From the NCBI GenBank assembly GCA_965222375.1, contig CBDCTZ010000014.1, forward strand, positions 704,001 through 768,000: a DNA stretch of 64,000 nucleotides. Reading direction: 5' to 3'. The stretch comes from Polyangiaceae bacterium. GTDB taxonomy: Bacteria > Myxococcota_A > Polyangia > Polyangiales > Polyangiaceae. The notes beneath the pieces are model-generated. The model was given only the letters and a program-made list of their open reading frames with translations. It was not told the DNA's origin and did no database searches. The position numbers and the translations under genes were made by a program. Of the stretch, positions 30,839-40,545 are shown one piece after another. The stretch's first letter is position 1, and each line of letters starts with the position of its first letter.

Positions 30839-31794
30839 GCTCGGGCCTCGCGCAGTCTCTGTACCGTAGCGCGCGCCAGGCGCTCGGGCTCGCGGCGGAG
30901 CCGCTTCAGGTCGAAGGCGTCGACGAGCTCTGCGGCTTGTGCGCGATCGGGCGCATCGAGACCAGCCGAACCAGCCGCCCACCTCACCACCGCGCGCGGG
31001 TCCGTGCCGCCTTTGCGCAACTCCGCCAGGCTCAAGTCATCCTCGCGCTTGGCCAGCCGGCGCCCGTCTTCATCCAGTACCAGGGGCACGTGCACCCAGC
31101 TCGGCGTCGACAAGCCCAAAGCGCGCTGCAGCAAGATCTGACGAGCCGCGCTGGGCAGCAGGTCGTCGCCCCGGAGTACTTCAGTCACGCCTTGGTGTGC
31201 GTCGTCCACGACCACGGCCAGTTGATACGCAGGGCGGTGGTCGCGCCGGGCGATGTGAAAGTCACCCACCTCGGCGCTCACGTCGAAAGCCACGCGGCCC
31301 ACGAGCTCGTCAGTCACGGTCACCGGACCCTCGGGAACCTGGAATCGAAGCCCCGCGTCCTTGCCGCTCTCCCGTTCCGCTTCTGCGACCGAGCTGTAGC
31401 GTCCACGACAGGTGCCCGGGTAGCGCTGCTCGCGGTCGCCGAGCTGTGGGGCCGATTGCGCCGCCCGCACGTCCGCTCGGGAACACACGCAGGGGTAGGC
31501 CTGTCCGCTTTGCACCAGCCGCTGCACTGCAGCGCCCAATCGCTCCAGCCCCGACGACTGCAGCAGCATGTCGCCGTCCCAATCCAGACCGAGCCACTCG
31601 AGATCTCGAAGCGCCTGGTCCACCATCTCTTGTTGTACGCGGGGACCATCCAAGTCTTCCATTCGCATGAGGATCGTGCCTCCGCGAGATCGAATGCTCC
31701 ACCACGCCAACAGGAAGCTGCGCGCATGTCCCAAGTGCAGCAGCCCGGTGGGGCTCGGCGCCAAGCGGCCTACGACGGTGCGCGTACTGCTCAC
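30835..31794 (-). CDS. gluQ: tRNA glutamyl-Q(34) synthetase
   Basis: GRLAPSPTGLLHLGH, YPCVCSR, YQLAVVVDD, RLAKR. No anticodon-binding domain. Confidence 0.93.
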   Translation of the reverse strand: MSSTRTVVGRLAPSPTGLLHLGHARSFLLAWWSIRSRGGTILMRMEDLDGPRVQQEMVDQALRDLEWLGLDWDGDMLLQSSGLERLGAAVQRLVQSGQAYPCVCSRADVRAAQSAPQLGDREQRYPGTCRGRYSSVAEAERESGKDAGLRFQVPEGPVTVTDELVGRVAFDVSAEVGDFHIARRDHRPAYQLAVVVDDAHQGVTEVLRGDDLLPSAARQILLQRALGLSTPSWVHVPLVLDEDGRRLAKREDDLSLAELRKGGTDPRAVVRWAAGSAGLDAPDRAQAAELVDAFDLKRLRREPERLARATVQRLREARA

Positions 31795-31833
31795 ACACCG
31801 GAGTCTGTCTCAGCGCCTGTCGCCTGCAAAGCG

Positions 31834-32088
31834 TCACATATTCTCGACGCTCTTGAGCATCTCCGGAACGAAGTTGGCGCGTGGCCGAATCAGCAACGAA
31901 CGCATGGGGGGTGGCCTCACCTTGATGCCGCCGCCACCGGGAAAGCCCACATCACTGTTGACCAGTTCGTCTGTGAACTCGTGGAAATTGCCGTCCTTGG
32001 TCTTTTGGCTGCGTTTCACGTCCGCGCTCGCCGCGCCGGCCAACGCAAGGGCCGCGAGAGTCAACAAAGTCACCTGCAGTCGTCGCAT
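31834..32088 (-). CDS. Small secreted CglF/GltF-like protein
   Basis: Signal peptide. C-terminal LIRPRANFVPEMLKSVENM resembles the myxobacterial CglF/GltF family as recalled. Confidence 0.6.
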   Translation of the reverse strand: MRRLQVTLLTLAALALAGAASADVKRSQKTKDGNFHEFTDELVNSDVGFPGGGGIKVRPPPMRSLLIRPRANFVPEMLKSVENM

Positions 32089-32175
32089 CTATCCATCCTC
32101 CGGGTTCGTATAGATGAAACCCGGCTCACGGCGGCCGTCTTGGGTCGTCCCCGCATTCAGCTGTAAAAAGCCGGA

Positions 32176-32703
32176 CTACTCCTCACAGGAGCAGGCTTTG
32201 ACCTTGGACTCGTTGTCATCGACGATGCGCTTGGCGCGAGTGCAGCGGGCGTCCGTGTCACCGGCCAGTCGGCAAATCGCGTCAGCAGCTCGCTTCAGGG
32301 ACGCAAACGCCAGGCATGCTTGGTCGCAGCGTTTGTCGCCGGAAGCCAAGGGCTGTGCCTTGGCGCCGCCGAGCAACTTGGTCAGCTCGGAGTTTGCCTT
32401 GTTCAAGGCCGCCTCCGCTTCCGCCACGCTGGTCAGCTCGCGCTCCAAGAGGTCTGTCTTGTCTCGCGCCTTCTTCTTAGGCTTGGCGCTAGTGGGGGCC
32501 TCGTCGTCACCGGCGGGCGCCGGTGACGCACCGACCGGCGGAGGTGGCGCGGCGGGAGTGTCCGCCTCAAGTTCGCTCTGCGCGGCCGGCTCGGCTGCCG
32601 GGGTTGCGGCCGGAGCCTCGGCTGATTTGGCGCTTTCATCGGCCTGCTTGGAGCAGCCCAGTGCCGCCAGGGCGGCAGCCGTGTACACAAATTTCCGCAT
32701 CAT
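32176..32703 (-). CDS. Hypothetical lipoprotein with Cys-rich helical C-terminus
   Basis: Lipobox AALGC, Pro/Ala linker, CDQAC...IC...RC...C. Confidence 0.75.
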   Translation of the reverse strand: MMRKFVYTAAALAALGCSKQADESAKSAEAPAATPAAEPAAQSELEADTPAAPPPPVGASPAPAGDDEAPTSAKPKKKARDKTDLLERELTSVAEAEAALNKANSELTKLLGGAKAQPLASGDKRCDQACLAFASLKRAADAICRLAGDTDARCTRAKRIVDDNESKVKACSCEE

Positions 32704-32756
32704 TTCGTGGCTCTCCCTTGATAACGCGCCGCGGGCTCAGGCCTTACGCCGGACTT

Positions 32757-33950
32757 CTACGCTTGGGCGCGGCGGTAGACGGTGACCACCGCCGCACCGC
32801 CCAGCCCCAGGTTGTGCTGCAACGCCGCCTGTACGTCCGGCACCTGCCTCTTCTCGGCTTTGCCTCGCAGTTGCCAGCACAGCTCCGCGCACTGCGCCAA
32901 GCCCGTTGCACCCAGGGGGTGGCCCTTAGAAATCAGGCCGCCGGAAGGGTTCACCACCCACTTGCCGCCATAGGTGACCGCTCCCGAGTCGATCAGGTCG
33001 CCGCCCTTCCCCTGCTCCGCAAGCCCCAGGGCTTCGTAGGTCAAGAGCTCGTTCGTGCTGAAGCAGTCGTGAAGCTCCACGACCTGAACGTTCTCCGGGC
33101 CGAGCCCGCTCTGCTCGTAGGCCTGCTCCGCCGCCTTCTTGGTCATGTCGAAGCCGACGAGTTTGATGCAGCTCTTGTCGTCGAAGGTGCTCTGGAAATC
33201 CGTCGCCATGGCCATGCCGGCGATTTCCACTGCCTGGTCCTGCAGGCCATGTTTCTTCACGAAGTCTTCGCTGACGACGACCGCTGCTCCTGCGCCTTCC
33301 GAGGTTGGGCAGCATTGAAGCTTGGTGAGCGGTTCGTAGACCATCTTGGCGCTCAAGATGTCGTCCAAGGAGTACTCGTCTCGAAACTGCGAGTAGGGGT
33401 TGTTCACCGAGTGCTTGTGGTTCTTGACGCCGATCTTGGCGAATTGCTCCTTGGTGGTGCCGAACTTGTCCATGTGTTCGCGGCCCGCATTTCCAAAGAT
33501 CTGGGGTGCTGGTGGTGCGGGAGCAAACTCACGCAGCTCCATCATCGTCATCATGTGTTTATCGAGGGGATTGGTGCGGTCCATGTACTTCGCACCGAGG
33601 GATCCCCTCTCCATCTTCTCGAATCCAACCGCCAGCGCCGCTTCGGTCAGCCCACCCTCGACCAATTGCTTGGCAAGGAAGAGTGCCGTGGAGCCCGTCG
33701 AGCAGTTGTTGTTCACGTTGTAGATGGGAATGCCCGTCAGCCCGAGCTCGTAGATGGCCCGCTCGCCACTCGTACTCTCCCCGTAGCAATAGCCAGCGAC
33801 CGCCTGGGTGATCTCCGAATAGTCGATGCCCGCGTCTTTGAGCGCGGCCTCGCCGGCCTCCTTCACCATCTGTGGGTAGTCCCAGTCTCGCGCACCCGGC
33901 TTCTCGAACTTGGTCATGCCCACGCCAACGACGAATACCTTGCGACCCAT
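32757..33950 (-). CDS. Lipid-transfer protein (SCP-x type thiolase)
   Basis: [34 protein letters not shown]. Confidence 0.95.
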   Translation of the reverse strand: MGRKVFVVGVGMTKFEKPGARDWDYPQMVKEAGEAALKDAGIDYSEITQAVAGYCYGESTSGERAIYELGLTGIPIYNVNNNCSTGSTALFLAKQLVEGGLTEAALAVGFEKMERGSLGAKYMDRTNPLDKHMMTMMELREFAPAPPAPQIFGNAGREHMDKFGTTKEQFAKIGVKNHKHSVNNPYSQFRDEYSLDDILSAKMVYEPLTKLQCCPTSEGAGAAVVVSEDFVKKHGLQDQAVEIAGMAMATDFQSTFDDKSCIKLVGFDMTKKAAEQAYEQSGLGPENVQVVELHDCFSTNELLTYEALGLAEQGKGGDLIDSGAVTYGGKWVVNPSGGLISKGHPLGATGLAQCAELCWQLRGKAEKRQVPDVQAALQHNLGLGGAAVVTVYRRAQA

Positions 33951-34053
33951 GTTGATCTACCTCCTTCGAGCGCGACGAGCGCGTCCATCTAGTAGGCGCG
34001 GCACGCCGGCGCTTCAAGCGTGCATCGTCACCAGGGTGAAAGACATTGGCAGG

Positions 34054-34258
34054 TTGGTTTTTTGGGGTCGTGGAGGTGTTGCGGCAATGGTGCGCTAATC
34101 TCGCACTGCGCGGTGCTTGTGCTGCCTCGTGCTCAGTCGGGAGCCGAATCGACCGTGGCGCGGCTGCGAGGCCGCTCCAGGTTGTTGCTGCGAAGAATTG
34201 GCCCAAGTCGGGAGTAGGGGCCTGGTGCCGTGAAGGGACGCGACCCTCAATAAACCAA
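34054..34258. repeat. Two copies of the dispersed ~55-bp repeat in opposite orientation (34054-34111 degenerate; 34200-34258)
   Basis: GGCCCAAGTCGGGAGTAGGGGCC...CGACCCTCAATAAACCAA matches the arms of 55698-55866. Confidence 0.65.
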
Positions 34259-34323
34259 AGAAGCACCCCGAGCGCCTGCCCGCATTCAACACGCGGCTAG
34301 CTGCCTCGTTGCGCTGTGCGGCT

Positions 34324-35091
34324 TCAGGCTGCTTGATCCGCGATGCGGTCGTTGGGTTTTTGGCTCGGCTGCGCTGCTGGAGCTTCGTCGGGCGTCAGGC
34401 TTTGCACTAGCTCTTTGGGTGCAATCGTGCCGAAGACCCAGTCGCCGAAGGGGACGGTCACATTGAAGTTCCACTTCTGCATCAGTCGCGGGTCATGGTG
34501 GCGGGCGTGGTGTTCCCGCATGAAGCCGATGAAGGCGCGGCGCCCGATGAAGCTATCTTCGGGCAGGTGGTAGCAGAGATGAGTGATCTCGTAGCTGACA
34601 ACGTAGCCTGCGGAGGAAGCTAGAAAGAGCCACCCGACGTTGGCGCCCAGGAAGTAACCCGCGAGCGCTGCGGCGGGTGCGGTCGCCAGCACGATCCCGA
34701 AGACCCCCATCGCGGGGATGAGGATCAAGCGTAGCTCACGCCACTCAGTGACTGCCATGGAACGATGGCGGTAGACGCGATGGTGCTCCGGCGTGTGGCG
34801 GTCGTATAGGACTGCCATGGGCTTCCAACGGCGATGCAGCAGGTGGCGGTGTGCATGCCACTCGCCAAGATTCGAAAGTAGCAGCACCACCGGGATCGCA
34901 AGCAGCTCCAGGGGGCTCAAGTCGGCGATGAAGTACACGGAGCAAGCGATGGCGACGATACCCACACCGATCGTGCCTGCCATGTGTGCGAGGGGTGAGT
35001 ACCAACCGGGAATGGCGTCGAGCATCGACTGGCGAAACGCCTTGCGGCTTCGCTCGTCGTGGAAGTAGCGGCGTTCCTCCTCCGGACTCAT
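34324..35091 (-). CDS. Sterol desaturase/fatty acid hydroxylase family protein
   Basis: His boxes HRHLLH, HTPEHH, HLCYH, HHARHH. Confidence 0.88.
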   Translation of the reverse strand: MSPEEERRYFHDERSRKAFRQSMLDAIPGWYSPLAHMAGTIGVGIVAIACSVYFIADLSPLELLAIPVVLLLSNLGEWHAHRHLLHRRWKPMAVLYDRHTPEHHRVYRHRSMAVTEWRELRLILIPAMGVFGIVLATAPAAALAGYFLGANVGWLFLASSAGYVVSYEITHLCYHLPEDSFIGRRAFIGFMREHHARHHDPRLMQKWNFNVTVPFGDWVFGTIAPKELVQSLTPDEAPAAQPSQKPNDRIADQAA

Positions 35092-35103
35092 GATCATTCT
35101 ATA

Positions 35104-35123
35104 CATTCTGTATTTACAGAATG
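35104..35123. promoter_or_regulatory. Palindromic operator candidate CATTCTGTA-TT-TACAGAATG between divergent genes
   Basis: Perfect 9-bp inverted repeat in AT-rich intergenic DNA. Confidence 0.6.
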
Positions 35124-35204
35124 CAAATTTGGACAAAAACGCGCAGTTTTTGGGAGCGCTGTCGTGCATTCGGGCAGTTGGCAGCCCCGTGGTATTTCCG
35201 GCTG

Positions 35205-35894
35205 ATGGCCAAGACGATCGTCATCTGTGGGTATGGACCCGGCATCAGCGACGCAGTGGCTCGCAAGTTCGGAAAGGCCGGGTTTTCAGTCGCACTGATC
35301 GCGCGGAGCGCGGATAAGCTAGACGCCGCCGTCAAAAGCCTCGAGGCCGCAGGCGTCACAGCCAACGCGTTCCCGGGCGATCTGGGTGACGCGGCGAAAG
35401 TGAAGGCCCTCATCGAAGAAGTTCAGGCCAGCCTGGGCGCGCCCACCGTGGTGCATTGGAATGCTTATGTCGGCGCCGCCGGGGATCTGCTCTCTTGCAA
35501 GCCTGAGGAACTGCGCAGCGTGCTCGCGGTGGGGGTCGAAGGCCTCGTGGCCGCCGTGCAAGCTGCATTGCCCGGCATGAAGGGTCAGTCGGACGCAGCG
35601 GTTCTCGTTACTGGCGGCGGCTTCTCGATCTACGACGTGAACATCGACAAGATGATCGTGCAATTCAACGCCATGGGTTTGGGAGTGACGAAGGCCGCGC
35701 AGCACAAGCTGGTGCGGGTTCTCAATCGCGCTCTGGCGGACAAGGGCGTCTACGTGGGCGAAGTCACGGTACTCGGCATTGTGAAGGGAACCGCCTTCGA
35801 TTCGGGCCAAGCCACCATCGAGCCCACTTCCGTTGCCGACTTGTTCTACCAGTTGTACCAGCAGCGCAAAGACGTGTCGGTTCCCTGCGGCTGA
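35205..35894 (+). CDS. SDR family oxidoreductase (atypical)
   Basis: GYGPGIS, ALIARS, VTGGG. Confidence 0.85.
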   Translation: MAKTIVICGYGPGISDAVARKFGKAGFSVALIARSADKLDAAVKSLEAAGVTANAFPGDLGDAAKVKALIEEVQASLGAPTVVHWNAYVGAAGDLLSCKPEELRSVLAVGVEGLVAAVQAALPGMKGQSDAAVLVTGGGFSIYDVNIDKMIVQFNAMGLGVTKAAQHKLVRVLNRALADKGVYVGEVTVLGIVKGTAFDSGQATIEPTSVADLFYQLYQQRKDVSVPCG

Positions 35895-35957
35895 GGCAGC
35901 GCGGCGCGCCCTGCGTCAAGCGCAACCAGCGCAAATGCCCCTGCTCAATAGGGCTAC

Positions 35958-37523
35958 GTGACTTCCAGCGACAACTGCGTATGCTCGGCGCTCGCAGGGC
36001 GACCATTGGTTGAAGCTGATACAGCACCTCGCTATCACGCGGGGGATCGCATTGGGTCCGGGATCTGTCTTGTGCGGCAGCTCGATTCCGGCGGCATGGG
36101 CGCGATCTGGGTTGGACATCACGAATCCCTCGACCTGCCAGTCGCGGTGAAGCTGGTTCATGCCGAACTATCGGGCAGTGACGTGGCCGAGCGTTTACTG
36201 GCCGAAGCCCGTATCGTCGCGCGACTCGATCACCCCGCCGTCGTGCGGGTCCTCGATTGCGGTCGAACCAATCACGACGACCCTTTCGTCGTGATGGAGC
36301 TCCTCACCGGGGAGTGCCTGTCGGACCGTCTGGACCGGGTATCGCGGCTCGAACCCATCGAAGCAGTCGAGATCCTCTTGCCCATCGTCGATGCGCTGCG
36401 TCTCGTGCACGAGTCTGGAGTGGTGCACAGGGACATCAAGCCCGACAACATCTACTTGGCGAATACCCCAGCGGGAGGAGTTCAGCCGAAGCTCATCGAC
36501 TTTGGGATCGCCCTGTCTGACTTCGCGGGCGTCGTCGCGACCCATGGTGGCGTGGTGGGCAGCCCGGCTTACATGTCCCCCGAGCAGGCATTGGGGAAAG
36601 CCAACGTTGGCTACGCCTCGGACGTTTGGGCTGTTTGCGTCGCATTGATCGAGACCCTGACTGGCAACGTGCCCTTTGAGTCGGACGACTACGACGCCAC
36701 ACTTCAGGCGATCGTCTACGACGAGTGCCCGTCTTTGGAGGTCATGGGCATCGCGGATCCCGGCCTGCGCTCGATTATCGAGCGGGGATTGGTCAAAGAT
36801 CCGGAGGCCCGCTGGCCTTCGGCGCAGGCCCTGGGTGTTGCCCTCGCGCAGTGGCTCTTCGACCACGGGGTGACCGAAGACGCCGCTCGGGTCTCCCTGC
36901 GGGCGGCGTGGCTGGGCAGGAAAGCGACCTCTTCCTTTCCGCCGGTGACGGCCAGCGTTGCCCCGTCAGTGCGGCCACCGAAGCCAACCCAAGAGCGGCG
37001 GTCGCCCAGATCTGTGGACCGGCCCGCACTGCCCACGGCACACGCGGCGGTGCCTAACCCTCGAAGTACGGCGCGCAGCCCACTGCTCATTGCAGCGGTT
37101 TTGATATCGGCAGCAGTCCTCGGGTTCGTGGTTTTTCGGTCGCCTTCGTCAGCGCCGGCAACGCCCGCCGCCGCTGCACCAGATCTGAACACGTCCCAGG
37201 CGAGACGCACGGACATCGTCCGTGCTCCAGCGGGTCCTGCCACCTTTGCAGCAAAGCCAGTGGCGAAGGGGGAGTCAGCACCTACCCCTGCGGCAGCAGC
37301 TCCCACGGATCCCAAGCAGAAGTTCGAGACCCCACGCGGCGCGCCCGCAAAGCCCCGCCCGAAGTCGAGAGCCGTTCCTCCCAAGAACACGCCGCGTCTA
37401 GAGACTACCGCCGAGCCCGTCGAAGCCACTGCGCCAGAAGAAGCACCCCCAGACCCGACGCCTGCACAAGCCAGCGAGTCGGCGCCAGGGGATAGGCCGG
37501 TGTATCGTCCAGCCCTGCCCTGA
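35958..37523 (+). CDS. Ser/Thr protein kinase with TM segment and Pro-rich C-terminus
   Basis: SGGMG, HRDIKPDN, DFGI, YMSPEQ. Confidence 0.93.
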   Translation: MTSSDNCVCSALAGRPLVEADTAPRYHAGDRIGSGICLVRQLDSGGMGAIWVGHHESLDLPVAVKLVHAELSGSDVAERLLAEARIVARLDHPAVVRVLDCGRTNHDDPFVVMELLTGECLSDRLDRVSRLEPIEAVEILLPIVDALRLVHESGVVHRDIKPDNIYLANTPAGGVQPKLIDFGIALSDFAGVVATHGGVVGSPAYMSPEQALGKANVGYASDVWAVCVALIETLTGNVPFESDDYDATLQAIVYDECPSLEVMGIADPGLRSIIERGLVKDPEARWPSAQALGVALAQWLFDHGVTEDAARVSLRAAWLGRKATSSFPPVTASVAPSVRPPKPTQERRSPRSVDRPALPTAHAAVPNPRSTARSPLLIAAVLISAAVLGFVVFRSPSSAPATPAAAAPDLNTSQARRTDIVRAPAGPATFAAKPVAKGESAPTPAAAAPTDPKQKFETPRGAPAKPRPKSRAVPPKNTPRLETTAEPVEATAPEEAPPDPTPAQASESAPGDRPVYRPALP

Positions 37524-37532
37524 GGCTGCGGC

Positions 37533-38531
37533 TCACACGAGGGCCACGAGGTACGCAAGCCACCCAGGCTGATTCTCAGCGCGTTTGGTGACCTTGTAGT
37601 CCTCGTCGTCTTCGTCTTCGGCCTGATCCCAGTACACGTGGACGGCGGAAAACCCGGCTTCGAGCAGCAATTCTTTCAGCTCCGGCAAGCTCCAGTAGCG
37701 CCACTCGTAGCGGAACGCCTTGGTCATCTTGGTACCGTCCTTGAATTCGAAGTGAATGTAGTTGACCACTCGGTGCGTGACGGGATCGAACTCGTCCTGG
37801 TCCCAAACGTAGGTGAACTTGCGCTTGATGCTGCGCCGTTCGTACATGGGCTCCACGGCTTCCCAGCCGCCGTAGCTGTCCATCGCGAAAATGCCGTCCT
37901 TGGCTAGGCCCGCGCGCACCTTCTTGAAGTAGTCGCGCATTTCGTCGCGGGTCGTGAAGATCCAGTAGCTGAAGTTGAACGCGCAGACCGCGTCGAACTT
38001 CTTCCGGCTCTTGGCGCGCACATCTTGGCGCAGTAGCTCGACTCGCTGTGCGGTCTCGCCCAGGGGCGCAATGTTGTTGCGCTTACCCCAGGCGAGCACC
38101 CTGGCATCGATGTCGACGCCTGTCGCGGTTCGCTCCTTGTCCGAGGAGACCCAATGGGAACAGATCAGTGCGGTGCCGCAGAAGTCTTCTCGCAGGGTCA
38201 GGGCCTTGCGCTTGCGGTGGTCCTTGAAGGCGTCCGCAATGAACTGCACTTCCACCTCGGCGTCCTGCACGGCCATCTGATACAGCACGTGCTTGTCGGC
38301 GGTCTTGGCCGTGAACACCTGCGCGGGCTTCTTGGCTGCGCGGCGCTTTGTGGGCTTCTTGCCTGCCGATTTCGCCGCCTTCTTGGCTGTCGGCTTCGCT
38401 GCCTTGACGCCGTTTTTCTTCTTCGCGCCGCTGGCCAGACCGTTCTTGCCGTTCGCGTTGGCCGTCCTGGCGCCACGCGCCCTGGGCTTGCTTCGAGTTT
38501 TCGGACTGGTTCTTGTGGTGGTGTTCATCAC
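37533..38531 (-). CDS. Class I SAM-dependent methyltransferase with Lys/Ala-rich N-terminal extension
   Basis: LREDFCGTA, GVDID, FNFSY. Confidence 0.85.
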   Translation of the reverse strand: MMNTTTRTSPKTRSKPRARGARTANANGKNGLASGAKKKNGVKAAKPTAKKAAKSAGKKPTKRRAAKKPAQVFTAKTADKHVLYQMAVQDAEVEVQFIADAFKDHRKRKALTLREDFCGTALICSHWVSSDKERTATGVDIDARVLAWGKRNNIAPLGETAQRVELLRQDVRAKSRKKFDAVCAFNFSYWIFTTRDEMRDYFKKVRAGLAKDGIFAMDSYGGWEAVEPMYERRSIKRKFTYVWDQDEFDPVTHRVVNYIHFEFKDGTKMTKAFRYEWRYWSLPELKELLLEAGFSAVHVYWDQAEDEDDEDYKVTKRAENQPGWLAYLVALV

Positions 38532-40475
38532 TCATTGATCCATTACGACGATGCCAAATGCGGCGTCCTCGTATAGCCGATCGAACTGCGACGCAAACTT
38601 CTTTTCGATGTTCTTGCGCTTGGCTTTCAGGGTCGGAGTGATCTCGTCTTCGTCCAAGGAAAGCTCGCGTTCCAGAACGAACACACGCTTGACCTGTTCC
38701 ACTCGCGAAAGTTTTTCGTTTCCTTTGCGCACGGCCGCAGAGATGCGCTTCTTGAGCTCCGACTCCCCGGTCACGGTCTTCATCAAGTCGAGCAAGCCGT
38801 CCGGTTGAGCTAGGGGGTTTTCCATCAAGGCGCGTTTCATGCGTTCGATGGCAGCCTTGTCTTTCACCAGGCCGCGCTCGCTGGCGTATTCGATGGCCTC
38901 CATCGGGCTAATGGTGATCATCGCGGTGACGAAGGGCCGACGGTCGCCATGGGCGTGTACCTGGCTGATCATCGGGTCCTGGGTCTTGATTTCGTTCTCG
39001 ATGTTGGCAGGGGTCAGGTTCTTGCCACCGGCGGTGATGATGATGTGCTTCTTGCGATCGACGATGTAGAGGTAGCCGTCGGAATCCTGCTTGCCGATGT
39101 CGCCCGTGTGCAGCCAGCCGTCGTCGTCGACCGCCTCCCGGGTCGCGTCAGGGCTCTTGTAATAGCCCTGGAACACGGTCTTGCCGCGGACGAGGATCTC
39201 GCCGTCGTCGGCGAGCTTCTCTTCGATGAAGGGCAGGTTCTTGCCCACGGAGCCCAAGCGGACTTGTCCCGGCTTGTTGGCGTGGCTCACGACCGTGGCC
39301 TCGGTCATGCCGTAGACCTCGTAGATGGGGAAGCCCGCTGCCCAGAAGAACTGCAAGATCCGCTTGGGAATGGGGGCCGCCCCAGTGATGAAGAACTTCA
39401 CCCGGCCCCCGAAGACTCCACGCAGCTTCGAAAAGACGATGCGGTCAGCAAGCTTGTATTTCAGGCTCAACCCAAGGGGCAGAGACTCCCCGCGCTGCCA
39501 GCGCTCGACGACTTGGTGCCCGGTGGCCTCGGCCCAGCGAAACACCTTCTGTTTGCCGCCGGGAGCCTTGTCGACTTCGCTTTGAATCCGCGCGTAGGCC
39601 TTCTCGAAAATTCGCGGCACACTTCCGAAGATCGTGGGCCGCACTTCTTTCACCTCCTCGAGGACGGCGGGGATGCTCGTGGCGTAGGCCGTGGCCGTGC
39701 CGTAGTTGATGCGTCCGTAGAAGGCCAAGACTCGCTCAGCCACGTGGGCCATGGGCAAGAAGGAGAGCGTGATGTCGTCCTCGTCGAATTCCATGATCGC
39801 GGGATGCGAAAGCACCGTCGCGATGTTCTCGTGGCTGATCATCGCGCCCTTTGGCGGGCCGGTCGTTCCGCTGGTGTAGACGATGATGGCGGTGTCCGCA
39901 GGTTTCACCTCGGCAACGCGTTTTTCGATGCGCTCCCTCGACGCCCTCGTCTTGAGCACCGCACTCAGCGGCACCACCCAATCGATGCCATCGAGCTCTT
40001 TGTCCAAGCCGGTGTCACGCCACAGAATGACTTTCTCCAGCTTTTCGAGCTTCGGTTTTTCGTTGATGATCTTCTGGAGCTGCTCGAAGTCTTCGACGAT
40101 GGCGAAGCGCGAATCCGAGTGGTCCAGAATATAGGCAAGCTGGTCTGGGGTCAGGGTTGGGTAGGCGCCGACGGTGACGGCGCCCGCCAGCAACCCTCCG
40201 AAGTCCGAGATGCACCACTCCGGTCGGGTGCTGCCGACCACCGTGACCTTGTCCCCCAACGCTAGGCCTTGATCCAGCAGCCAGGTCGCGACGCTTGCCG
40301 CCGCCTCGTAGAACTCGTGCCACGAGGTCTTCTCCCAGATGCCTTCCTCTTTCTTCTGAAAGGCGAGGGCCGCCGCGCTGCGCTCCGCCCGTTTCAAGAA
40401 CATCTCCGCGAGCGTGCTTGCGTCCGGGAAGATGGGTGTGGCGGCCCGGGTGGGCAATACGACGTCGTCGAGCAT
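38532..40475 (-). CDS. Long-chain fatty acid-CoA ligase
   Basis: YTSGTTGPPKG, YGMTE, LHTGDIG, TPTLK. Confidence 0.94.
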   Translation of the reverse strand: MLDDVVLPTRAATPIFPDASTLAEMFLKRAERSAAALAFQKKEEGIWEKTSWHEFYEAAASVATWLLDQGLALGDKVTVVGSTRPEWCISDFGGLLAGAVTVGAYPTLTPDQLAYILDHSDSRFAIVEDFEQLQKIINEKPKLEKLEKVILWRDTGLDKELDGIDWVVPLSAVLKTRASRERIEKRVAEVKPADTAIIVYTSGTTGPPKGAMISHENIATVLSHPAIMEFDEDDITLSFLPMAHVAERVLAFYGRINYGTATAYATSIPAVLEEVKEVRPTIFGSVPRIFEKAYARIQSEVDKAPGGKQKVFRWAEATGHQVVERWQRGESLPLGLSLKYKLADRIVFSKLRGVFGGRVKFFITGAAPIPKRILQFFWAAGFPIYEVYGMTEATVVSHANKPGQVRLGSVGKNLPFIEEKLADDGEILVRGKTVFQGYYKSPDATREAVDDDGWLHTGDIGKQDSDGYLYIVDRKKHIIITAGGKNLTPANIENEIKTQDPMISQVHAHGDRRPFVTAMITISPMEAIEYASERGLVKDKAAIERMKRALMENPLAQPDGLLDLMKTVTGESELKKRISAAVRKGNEKLSRVEQVKRVFVLERELSLDEDEITPTLKAKRKNIEKKFASQFDRLYEDAAFGIVVMDQ

Positions 40476-40545
40476 GGTGTTTGGATCCTCCCTCTTGGGT
40501 GGCCGCCCCAGGGCCGCCCCCGGAAAAAAATTGACGCCGGTTATA

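Noticed and set aside
32523..33992. 489-aa plus-strand ORF
   Set aside because: Antisense shadow of the thiolase gene.
38949..40265. 438-aa plus-strand ORF
   Set aside because: Antisense shadow of the acyl-CoA ligase.
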